A stretch of DNA of 32,000 nucleotides from Candidatus Saccharimonas sp. GTDB lineage: Bacteria > Patescibacteriota > Saccharimonadia > Saccharimonadales > Saccharimonadaceae. Positions 15,671 to 22,943 of the stretch are shown in pieces; position 1 is the stretch's first letter, and each line of letters starts with the position of its first letter. Under the pieces are notes generated by a model. It searched no databases and had not been told where the DNA came from. It saw nothing but the letters and a program-made list of their open reading frames with translations. The translations under genes and the position numbers were made by a program. The stretch is from assembly GCA_015256915.3 (NCBI GenBank), contig CP076101.2, forward strand, positions 330,001-362,000. Reading direction: 5' to 3'.

Positions 15671-18499
15671 TCAAATATCTGCAAGTAGTTCTGCTCGGTT
15701 ATCGGCACGTGTTAACAATTTGTGTCCAAGCTCATGGTTGAGTGTGTTTAAATCGCCATCGTTAATGGTAATTTTACCAGTTTTCTCATCAAAGAAACCT
15801 TGTGCACGGCGTTCCAATTCGTTCGCCCATTCATTGAAAGCAATGCTTTGATCTCCGGTAAGTTCTTGGTGACGAGCTTGAAGGTTCTCTTTGGCTACTC
15901 TTACCAAATTCTCCGCTTCAGCCTTTTGTTTAAAGCGTATAATTCCAGCAGCATCATCAACGCCCTTAAAGTATACAACTTCACCACTCTCGCCAAACTT
16001 ATCGCCTGTTTCTACAAAAGGTTTTTTAGTATATTGAGCAAAAGCTTCTGGTCGGCCAAGCGCCATTTGTTCTAAGAGATCATATTCATCTTCATCCATC
16101 TCATCATATAGCTTAGGATTTCGCATAATCTCATCCATTCGCTTATTAGCCATAGCTTGAAGCTTGTCTGATTCTTGCACTGAAACAGTGTTTTTGTCAT
16201 TTCTGCGAGTTTCAAGAATGTTATCACCATATTTATGTGCTGTATCTAAATTATCTGTAAAGAATGCTCCGTTTTCATAGTTGCCAGAATCTGCAAAGTT
16301 AGTTTGATTCTTAATAATCCCCCTACCAGTTTGTGCTTGACCACGATAGATTGGTGTTCCTTCGGTTTCGGTATAGTTAACTTCTGGTAAGTTAGAATTG
16401 TCGTTTGGTAGTCTATATTTTACGCTATCATTGACTTTTTGGTCATTTCGTGCTAAACTATCACTAGAAACATCGGAATAGGATCCAGTGGATGAGTTTT
16501 CTCTGAAGTTGGAAGTTCCGGTGTTTTCTTTTGTTGTAATTCCATATAAAGAATTTATATTTTGAGCATTATTTTTAGCAATATTTAAAGTATTATCAAA
16601 GCTTTTGCCGGCATATCGAGATTTTATATTTCGATAATCAAAACCATCTGGTGCTATACCATGGGCTTTAGAATCATCAGCACTATGTAGATATTGCGAT
16701 TTTTCAATTACATCTTTTATTCTTGGCACTAGTCGTTGCTTAGCGATAAATTCAGTATCTGTACCTGTTCCAGTGGTGTAACTGGATATTTTTTTATTCC
16801 CCTTATTAGTCAAGCTAATTTCTTGCCCATCACCCGTCACATACGGATTATTCGCCCGTAAATCTTGAAGCATATTAAAGCTACGCTCACTCATTCGTTT
16901 GCGAGTATCACCTGTAAATCTACCAATTAGCTCATCTTTAGTAAAGCCTAACTGATCGCTATCTAAACGACCAATGTTTGTTTCTCTCCTTGGGGTATAT
17001 TGCAAGTCTCCACCTCGGTTTTGCCTCTCCGCTTCTGCGAGGGTGATTTTTTCGCGCGTTGGAATTGTTGCATTTCTTTCTGCCTCATATAATGCTTTAG
17101 GATCATAATAGGTGTTTCTTTTAGTGTTGCCTAAAACTGCATCTGGGTGAAGTTTAGAGATACTCACTTCGCCATCTGCCATATTGTTGCTTTTATATGG
17201 ATTCTTAACCGATTCCATTCCACCGAAGGCCATTTTGCCAGCTCCGCCCATAATTCCACCCATTAAAGCACTTTCAGCGACACCTTCGTGAATATCTTGT
17301 TTGTTGTCGAAAAGCTTTTTGGTGAAGTTTTCGGCATATTGTTGTGCACCTTCTTCACCAGCTTCGCCCAATGCACCAGTAATAGCTCGCCCAACCATAT
17401 TTTTTGCAAATTTACCGCCAATTTTACCAGTAAGGTTATCAATTCCAAGCTTTTCAATTGCGGCTTGCACTCCAGCGTTAGCAGTTGAAGCTAAATAGCG
17501 CGAAGTAAAGCTACTTGGTGTGTATGTTTCACCTTTTGCTGCTGTTTCAGCCTTTTTGCGAGCTTCAATGTTGTCTAAGTGGTCCATCATATCTGAATGT
17601 GCCTCAACACCATGTACTACCGCTGGGGCGATACCACCAGTCACGGGGGTCATTGCAGCATCGATCGCCATTCTTGCTCCAGAACTACCTAAGCCATATG
17701 CCATTTTATTATCTTGATCAGTTAAGCCTGTTGCATCATTGAGTGTTTTTCGCACAATGTTCTTTTCACGGTCTGCTCGCACCCGTTTAATTAAATTGTT
17801 TGCAAATTGGTTGTCTTCATCAAATAATTTAATTGTATTAGCCCCAAATTCTGTAAGCGCTCCAGAAGTTTTCGGCACAAATTCTCCCACGGTATTAACT
17901 GCACCTTTCACTGCTGATACTGGCACAACAACTGTTTGTTGAAGATTATCATTATAATTTTTAGTGAAATCACTCACCGCTGTAGCATTTTTATTGATAT
18001 TCTGGCTAGTTTGCGCAATATTTTGCTTCGCTTGCTGATCATCTGGTCCATATTTTCGGAGCATTTCAGCGTTCACCCGGTTTTGAATATTCTGGTTAAT
18101 GGTGTTTTCTCGCATTTGGGCTGTTTTACCACCACTAAAAATATCATTCAAAAAGTTCGCCGCATGGTCTGACCCTTGGTTGTAGCGGTCTGTTTCTTCT
18201 TGCCGATACTTATCCGCCAACTGCTGGCGTTCTTGGTCTCGGTTCATTTGTGGTTGTGGTTGAATGGGTTGCACCGGTTTCACTGGGTTTAAGTCCACCG
18301 AACTCTTCGCAAATTCTTTTGGCTGTTGTGGCTGGGTGGGGTTGCTTAAATTATTCGCAAAATTATCTCCCAGTTTTGGTATGCTATTAAAACTCACCGC
18401 AGATTGTTGTTGCTGTGGTTGCTGTTGTTCATCTTCTCGCTTTTTCTTTTGGCCAAAAAGTCCACCAAAAAAGTCGCCAATACCTTTGAAAATATCCAT
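15671..18499 (-). CDS. N-terminal 942-aa part of the giant protein
   Basis: AAGGAG SD. Gly-rich hydrophobic N-terminus (MDIFKGIGDFFGGLFG), a Q/P-rich tract (codons 22-85), a glycine-zipper-like GGIMGGAGKMAFGG, and HELGH at 15722-15736. No recognisable housekeeping family. Resembles phage or conjugative-element polyvalent proteins (inference). Confidence 0.6.
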   Translation of the reverse strand: MDIFKGIGDFFGGLFGQKKKREDEQQQPQQQQSAVSFNSIPKLGDNFANNLSNPTQPQQPKEFAKSSVDLNPVKPVQPIQPQPQMNRDQERQQLADKYRQEETDRYNQGSDHAANFLNDIFSGGKTAQMRENTINQNIQNRVNAEMLRKYGPDDQQAKQNIAQTSQNINKNATAVSDFTKNYNDNLQQTVVVPVSAVKGAVNTVGEFVPKTSGALTEFGANTIKLFDEDNQFANNLIKRVRADREKNIVRKTLNDATGLTDQDNKMAYGLGSSGARMAIDAAMTPVTGGIAPAVVHGVEAHSDMMDHLDNIEARKKAETAAKGETYTPSSFTSRYLASTANAGVQAAIEKLGIDNLTGKIGGKFAKNMVGRAITGALGEAGEEGAQQYAENFTKKLFDNKQDIHEGVAESALMGGIMGGAGKMAFGGMESVKNPYKSNNMADGEVSISKLHPDAVLGNTKRNTYYDPKALYEAERNATIPTREKITLAEAERQNRGGDLQYTPRRETNIGRLDSDQLGFTKDELIGRFTGDTRKRMSERSFNMLQDLRANNPYVTGDGQEISLTNKGNKKISSYTTGTGTDTEFIAKQRLVPRIKDVIEKSQYLHSADDSKAHGIAPDGFDYRNIKSRYAGKSFDNTLNIAKNNAQNINSLYGITTKENTGTSNFRENSSTGSYSDVSSDSLARNDQKVNDSVKYRLPNDNSNLPEVNYTETEGTPIYRGQAQTGRGIIKNQTNFADSGNYENGAFFTDNLDTAHKYGDNILETRRNDKNTVSVQESDKLQAMANKRMDEIMRNPKLYDEMDEDEYDLLEQMALGRPEAFAQYTKKPFVETGDKFGESGEVVYFKGVDDAAGIIRFKQKAEAENLVRVAKENLQARHQELTGDQSIAFNEWANELERRAQGFFDEKTGKITINDGDLNTLNHELGHKLLTRADNRAELLADI

Positions 18500-18595
18500 C
18501 TCTTCTCCTTATCTTGTCGCTGCAAAATAAAAAACTGAGCGACGCAAATGTTAATATTTTGCTAATCGCTCAGCGCTCTGAGTGGATTATTTTAT
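18500..18595 (-). promoter_or_regulatory. about 96-nt 5' leader of the giant gene with three mutually exclusive hairpins, one terminator-like
   Basis: Plus-strand coordinates: hairpin C 18566-18585; hairpin B 18536-18542 / 18566-18572, followed on the RNA by GUUUUUUAUUUU; hairpin A 18516-18521 / 18538-18543. Confidence 0.4.
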
Positions 18596-18601
18596 AATTT
18601 T

Positions 18602-18631
18602 ATTATAACACAAAACCCATGTCTCTAACAA
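18602..18631 (-). promoter_or_regulatory. promoter of the giant gene
   Basis: Minus strand reads TTGTTA-18 nt-TGtTATAAT. Confidence 0.45.
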
Positions 18632-18711
18632 TTTTTATTCTACTTATGTTTTGTCAATACCTTTTTTGGGCTTTTTTCGCCAATTTTATATCTGTAATTT
18701 GACAAAATGTA

Positions 18712-18740
18712 TTGATTATTTTTTAATAGTGTGGTATAAT
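18712..18740 (+). promoter_or_regulatory. orphan near-consensus promoter pointing into the 3' end of the DUF3644-like gene
   Basis: TTGATT-17 nt-TGgTATAAT. No plus-strand protein gene lies downstream. Confidence 0.5.
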
Positions 18741-18746
18741 AGAAAC

Positions 18747-18840
18747 ATAAAGATAGCCTGTAAAGGAAAAAAGCTGAGTTCCCGAATGGGAGTAAGACAA
18801 CGGTCGAGAATTCTCATGCTCCTGGGGCTATTTTTCTTTT
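18747..18840 (+). ncRNA. candidate ~95-nt structured small RNA, or just a bidirectional terminator module
   Basis: P1 18753-18758 / 18826-18831, P2 18772-18778 / 18813-18820 (one bulge), P3 18780-18783 / 18788-18791, then UUUUUCUUUU. It overlaps the stop codon of the convergent gene. Confidence 0.35.
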
Positions 18841-19820
18841 AGCTCTTCAATTGATCGCTTAAGATTTTCTATAATATTTTCAGGATCTTTTTTTATAGCT
18901 TCTATGATAATATTTACGAATTTATCCGAGTAAGCAAATCTATTCAGCCATTTAAAGCAATATTCGGGATTATCTTTAGCATTATAAAATTTCACAAATA
19001 ACTGAAAATCATTAGTAGTAAAAATAGAGTTTATTCTCTCTTCTCCTTTTATTTTAGTTATTTTTATATTTTCGTTCTTTAACGCTTTATTCACCAAATT
19101 AACCACATTATTCGTAAAGCGTGGGTGAGTTTTCCGCGGATCAAGGATCTTATTAACCTGAACTACCGAATCGTCAGCATCTAGGCTAACAGATACAGAC
19201 CAGTCAGCTTCGTCTTCATTCTTAGTGATAAATATTTTTGACTCGATCGGTATAGCAAATTTATCACCACTACTTTGAATTTCCTGTTCTATCTGATGTT
19301 TTTCCGATAATATCTTTTCGGCCATCTCTGGTGAATATTTGGCTCGGATCTCTTCATCTGTTGCTACATTTACTTGAGCAGATAACATAATAAACCCATG
19401 CGGTAAAATATTCAAAATATCTATCCCGTGATATTCTTTCATTTTATCTATATAATCGATAACATTTCGCTGAAAAATTTGAACATACATAGACTCGTGG
19501 TCTGTTGTAATAAAATGACTGCTCTTATTGCGCAGATTATTTATTGTATTTATATTTTTACGAAGAGGAGAATTCTTATTTGTTATAACTCGCTTAAGAG
19601 ACTCTGGTAAAGAAAGCGTATTATTACTATTTTTGTAGTAGATAGGTTTTTCATCTTTTAATAATTTAGCTTTCAGCATAAGTTCCCAAGCATTGCATAC
19701 GAAAAGAGCAAACCCCTCAACTCTATATTTAATAGTTGGTTTATTATAGATTTCTAAAGCCATAGTAAAAGCTTCAATACTTTTTTCTATCATTTTTTCA
19801 GAAAGTTGTTTATTATTCAT
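18828..19820 (-). CDS. DUF3644-like protein with an Rx4H (HEPN-like) motif; candidate defence or abortive-infection gene
   Basis: The N-terminal IEAFTMALEIYNKPTIKYRVEGFALFVCNAWELMLKAKL matches my memory of the DUF3644 signature (YNKP...YR.E.F......AWE.L.KA). LRNKSSH fits Rx4-6H. Start moved to the ATG at 19820; the track start at 19931 overlaps the upstream gene. Confidence 0.6.
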   Translation of the reverse strand: MNNKQLSEKMIEKSIEAFTMALEIYNKPTIKYRVEGFALFVCNAWELMLKAKLLKDEKPIYYKNSNNTLSLPESLKRVITNKNSPLRKNINTINNLRNKSSHFITTDHESMYVQIFQRNVIDYIDKMKEYHGIDILNILPHGFIMLSAQVNVATDEEIRAKYSPEMAEKILSEKHQIEQEIQSSGDKFAIPIESKIFITKNEDEADWSVSVSLDADDSVVQVNKILDPRKTHPRFTNNVVNLVNKALKNENIKITKIKGEERINSIFTTNDFQLFVKFYNAKDNPEYCFKWLNRFAYSDKFVNIIIEAIKKDPENIIENLKRSIEELKEK

Positions 19821-19827
19821 ACCTACT

Positions 19828-19836
19828 ATTATACCA
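19828..19836 (-). promoter_or_regulatory. extended -10 box 7 nt upstream of the DUF3644-like ATG (leaderless-type)
   Basis: Minus strand reads TGgTATAAT, then AGTAGGT, then ATG. Confidence 0.45.
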
Positions 19837-19839
19837 TAA

Positions 19840-19862
19840 CCAAAAGAAAGCCCTTTCGAGCT
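19840..19862 (-). terminator. short terminator after the 383-aa gene
   Basis: Minus strand AGCUC-GAAA-GGGCU (one G.U pair) followed by UUCUUUUGG. Confidence 0.4.
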
Positions 19863-19869
19863 CCCTTTT

Positions 19870-21021
19870 CTACACCTGCAAATCCTTTTTCTTCTTATTT
19901 GGATCAAGCAACGCAGCAAGTCGTGGGTCAAGCTGGTCTTGGAGTCCCGCCTGATCCGGATTTCCGCTGTCCACTTTCACACCTTGCACATTTTCGCTAT
20001 AATCGCTAAGCTTTGGTGCTTTAAATTCCACTTTTTCAAGGGCTTTTGGTGTTTCCTTGCTCAAATCCAAAATCTTGTTCTGGCTGTTGCTAATCTGGTT
20101 AGATAGATCCCGTGTTTGGTCTATCGCACTCTGCAACCCTTGGCCATTGGCAGTCTTCTGTTTCTGCCTTGCATCCATAATGCGGCTATTCAAGTCAATT
20201 CGGCTACTTTCAATTTGTGAGTCAACATTATTTAACGCATCTTGGCGGTTAGTTTCCCAATCTTTCTTGTTCTTATTGTACGCATTAGTTGCGCTAGCAA
20301 ACTCCAAGTCTTGGTTTCGGCGATCTCGAGCGAAAGCATCTTGTGCGCTTCCAGCGTTTCGGCTCGCCTCCAAACCAACTGCCCAAGGAGCGACAATTTG
20401 TGCTGCGCTTGAATCTCCCGCTCCACCTGCTGCAAACATTTGGCGCAAAGCGTTGGTTTGATTGTTTGCATCTTCCATGATTTGTGAACGCACTGCACGG
20501 TTTTGGGCTTCTGAGTCTCGTTTGTTCATCTCATATGCGCCCTTGCTTTGGGTATAGCTGTTTTCAAGGTCATTTAGCTGGTGGGCGTAGTTATTTTCAA
20601 CATTACCACGCCAAATATCTCGTTGGCGATCCAATCTGCCCAAACCTTCAGTTGCCACTCGTTCTTGCTCACGGTATTTCGCAATTTCATCTGCTCTTGC
20701 TTTTGCTTGAGGGTCGTAGGTTCCGCCTTGGCGTGGGTCTGAGTAGACTGGATCTGGTTTCTCCCTCTTGTTTTGATTTACATTATTCTTTTTCCAGTCA
20801 TTATATAATCCCCTTACAACATTGCTAGTTCCAGCGTATTCAAACCCTAGGTCGTTAGCATCATTAAAACCAGTTCCGTCAGGATGATTAGCCCTAATTA
20901 GAGCATTTCTATCTACGCCACCGTCATTTCCGGTATATTTCAAGAAGTTATTAAAACCGTTCGCAGCCAAAAAACCACGAAAGTCATCCTTGCCGTTATA
21001 ATTATTGTAGTCTAAAGCCAT
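19870..21021 (-). CDS. hypothetical Q/N/D/R-rich, predicted coiled-coil protein (383 aa)
   Basis: Long open frame with high local G+C and a GAGGA SD. No signal peptide or TM segment. No family recognised. Confidence 0.6.
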   Translation of the reverse strand: MALDYNNYNGKDDFRGFLAANGFNNFLKYTGNDGGVDRNALIRANHPDGTGFNDANDLGFEYAGTSNVVRGLYNDWKKNNVNQNKREKPDPVYSDPRQGGTYDPQAKARADEIAKYREQERVATEGLGRLDRQRDIWRGNVENNYAHQLNDLENSYTQSKGAYEMNKRDSEAQNRAVRSQIMEDANNQTNALRQMFAAGGAGDSSAAQIVAPWAVGLEASRNAGSAQDAFARDRRNQDLEFASATNAYNKNKKDWETNRQDALNNVDSQIESSRIDLNSRIMDARQKQKTANGQGLQSAIDQTRDLSNQISNSQNKILDLSKETPKALEKVEFKAPKLSDYSENVQGVKVDSGNPDQAGLQDQLDPRLAALLDPNKKKKDLQV

Positions 21022-21063
21022 ATCTTCCTCTATATGTTATTTGGGAGATAATGTTTGGCTTAG

Positions 21064-21642
21064 TTATTTTTTTTGACAAAAATGTTGAACAGCTATAGTA
21101 TGATAATGCTTCTCTCTTCCACCGCGCGTTACATACATTCCAGCGTGCGTAAATTTAGGGTTTAAAATATTCTCTTTATGTCCTTGACTACCCATCCAGC
21201 CATCTACGAGTTGTTTTTCTACAGGGTAGTTCCAAGAGATATTTTCCCCAAGCCAGCTACACCTTAAATTAGGGTTTAAATCTACGATATAATCCATCCC
21301 ATCATATCCGGTTTGCGGGTCTACATGGTCGGTGTTCTGAATATCCTGCATACGCTTAGCTTTTGTTTCGGCAGAAATATCAAGTTCATGAAGCCTTACT
21401 AAAGGTTTAACTCCAGCTTTAATTCTTTCTTCATTGACAAGCCTGAAGAGTTCGTCAGAGCTCAATTCTTTAAAAGTGTAATCTACTTTGGGCTCTTCTT
21501 TTTTCGCACATGTACCAGATAAGCAGTTGTTTATAAAATACATCGGAACGGCTATCAATACCACAGGTATCATAGCTATAGCTAAAATCATAAAAAATAC
21601 TTTAAGCATTCTTTTTATAGCTATCTTTTGCACATCTTTCAT
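21064..21642 (-). CDS. membrane-anchored CAP/SCP/PR-1 (YkwD-like) domain protein
   Basis: N-terminal TM helix. VNEERIKAGVKPL...GENI...VDGWMGSQGHKENILNPKFTHAGM matches the CAP-domain pattern (N..R...G..PL ... W..S.GH..N.L). Confidence 0.7.
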   Translation of the reverse strand: MKDVQKIAIKRMLKVFFMILAIAMIPVVLIAVPMYFINNCLSGTCAKKEEPKVDYTFKELSSDELFRLVNEERIKAGVKPLVRLHELDISAETKAKRMQDIQNTDHVDPQTGYDGMDYIVDLNPNLRCSWLGENISWNYPVEKQLVDGWMGSQGHKENILNPKFTHAGMYVTRGGREKHYHTIAVQHFCQKK

Positions 21643-21666
21643 ATCTTGATATTACTCCATTTAATT

Positions 21667-21700
21667 CAAAAAACAACCACCCATAAAATGAACGGTTGTT
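21667..21700 (-). terminator. terminator after rpsI (bidirectional shape)
   Basis: AACAACC...GGTTGTT 7-bp stem with T tracts on both sides. Confidence 0.45.
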
Positions 21701-21710
21701 TTTTTGTATA

Positions 21711-22109
21711 TTAACGCTTTGAGAACTGTTCTCGTTTTCGAGCAGATCGCAAACCGTATTTTTTGCGTTCCTTTTCGCGAGGGTCGCGTTTTAGGAATTC
21801 AGCCTTTTTAAGAACTGGTCGCAAGTCAGCATGAGCAATAGTTAGAGCTTTCGAAATAGCAAGCTTAATTGCGTCAACCTGACCAGCCAAACCACCACCG
21901 TTAACCTTTACAGTAATATCAAAATCAGCTTGTTTACCAACTAAGGCGAGCGGATCTGTGATCTCAGCAAGCATAGATTTATTACCATCAAGGTATTCAA
22001 TTGCAGTTTTACCATTAATAGTTAAATTACCTTTTCCAGCATATAGTCGAGCGCGAGCTGTTGCAGCCTTGCGTCGGCCAAGACCGTAGAAATATTTAGC
22101 TTCAGCCAT
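21711..22109 (-). CDS. rpsI: 30S ribosomal protein S9
   Basis: Full-length S9 ending in ...RKKYGLRSARKREQFSKR. Confidence 0.95.
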   Translation of the reverse strand: MAEAKYFYGLGRRKAATARARLYAGKGNLTINGKTAIEYLDGNKSMLAEITDPLALVGKQADFDITVKVNGGGLAGQVDAIKLAISKALTIAHADLRPVLKKAEFLKRDPREKERKKYGLRSARKREQFSKR

Positions 22110-22111
22110 AA

Positions 22112-22558
22112 TTATTTAACCTCAACTTTCTCTGGTTTTTGAGCAGCGTGATTATGTTCAGCACCAGTATAAACTTTCAAACGTTTCATTCGATCTGCTT
22201 GAAGTTTATTCTTTGGAAGCATTCCATAAACAGCTTTTTCGATAATCATTGCAGCGTTCTTTTCACGCAATTCTTTTAGTGAAGCTTCACTCAAACCACC
22301 AGGGAAACCACTGTGTCGGTAATACATCTTAGCTTCTTCCTTATTGCCAGTAACTTTAACTTTTTCAGCATTAATAACAATCACATAATCTCCACCATCT
22401 GTGTGTGGGGTGTATGTTGGTTTATTTTTGCCTGTTAGTAAAGTTGCAATTTTTGCACTAAGTCGACCAAGTGTAGCCGATTCCGCAGCGTCGATCAATA
22501 GCCACTTTCGCTCAACTTCAGTTGGTTTTTGTGAATAAGTTTTCGCATTAACAGCCAT
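22112..22558 (-). CDS. rplM: 50S ribosomal protein L13
   Basis: Full-length L13 (KWLLIDA...LGRLSAKIATLLTGKNKPTYTPH). Confidence 0.95.
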   Translation of the reverse strand: MAVNAKTYSQKPTEVERKWLLIDAAESATLGRLSAKIATLLTGKNKPTYTPHTDGGDYVIVINAEKVKVTGNKEEAKMYYRHSGFPGGLSEASLKELREKNAAMIIEKAVYGMLPKNKLQADRMKRLKVYTGAEHNHAAQKPEKVEVK

Positions 22559-22942
22559 TTACTTATCCTCGCTTTCATGTTTAATTTCATCAACAAACTC
22601 AATTGTAGCCATTTGAGCAGCATCACCGCGACGAATTCGAGTTCGTTCAATTCGCAAATGACCACTATTTCGCTTCGAAAGTTGTGGAGCAATAATGTCT
22701 ACTAATTTATTTGCTGCGTCAATATTACCAAGTTTGGCCATAACTTGACGACGGTTATGTAAATCACCTTTTTTAGCTTTAGTGATAAGCTTTTCTGTGT
22801 AGCGCAAAGTCTCTTTGGCTTTTGGCAAAGTTGTTTCAATTTTGCCATGAATGACTAACGAAGTCGCTAAGCCTTTGAGGAGCGCACGGCGTTGGTCGCG
22901 TTCACGACCAAATTTTCGCCCTTTATATCCATGTCGGTGCAT
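22559..22942 (-). CDS. rplQ: 50S ribosomal protein L17
   Basis: MHRHGYKGRKFGRERDQRRALLKGLATSLVIHGKIETTLPKAKE is typical of L17. Confidence 0.95.
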   Translation of the reverse strand: MHRHGYKGRKFGRERDQRRALLKGLATSLVIHGKIETTLPKAKETLRYTEKLITKAKKGDLHNRRQVMAKLGNIDAANKLVDIIAPQLSKRNSGHLRIERTRIRRGDAAQMATIEFVDEIKHESEDK

Positions 22943-22943
22943 A

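Larger units (their letters stand above)
14501..18499 (-). pseudogene. giant polyvalent-type protein gene of 1,332 codons, interrupted by one in-frame TGA (15671-15673) and probably 3'-truncated; could alternatively be a read-through or two-part gene
   Basis: I translated 15602-15682 by hand. The 942-aa and 367-aa ORFs are in the same frame, separated by TGA plus 22 sense codons. The coding-like composition is continuous across the gap. Confidence 0.6.

Noticed and set aside
16211-16348. ADP-ribosyltransferase-like R...(S/T)T...E pattern (IYRG ... FFTD ... ILE) in the giant protein
   Set aside because: The spacing between the three elements (about 29 and about 15 residues) is shorter than in the ART families I know, and the middle motif is degenerate. 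This cannot be supported without a profile search.
19821-19931. N-terminal extension of the DUF3644-like ORF (track start 19931), and the analogous tuf extension (30302-30370)
   Set aside because: These extensions overlap the upstream gene or run through the gene's own promoter and SD. They have Cys/Arg-rich nonsense-like sequence. Internal ATGs with proper signals give the canonical N-termini.
20878-20886. HPD tripeptide (ANHPDG) near the N-terminus of the 383-aa protein, as a possible J-domain
   Set aside because: The surrounding sequence lacks the helix II / helix III pattern of J-domains (no Y..LG....A...I..AYR.L....HPD context). An isolated tripeptide is expected by chance.
14378-21710. 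Classic integrative element (integrase plus a direct repeat of the tRNA-Thr 3' end)
   Set aside because: No integrase- or recombinase-like ORF is present. By eye I found no copy of the tRNA 3' segment (GGTTCAAGCCCCGATCGTGGCTCCA) elsewhere in the window. I therefore call the region only a candidate foreign island or remnant.
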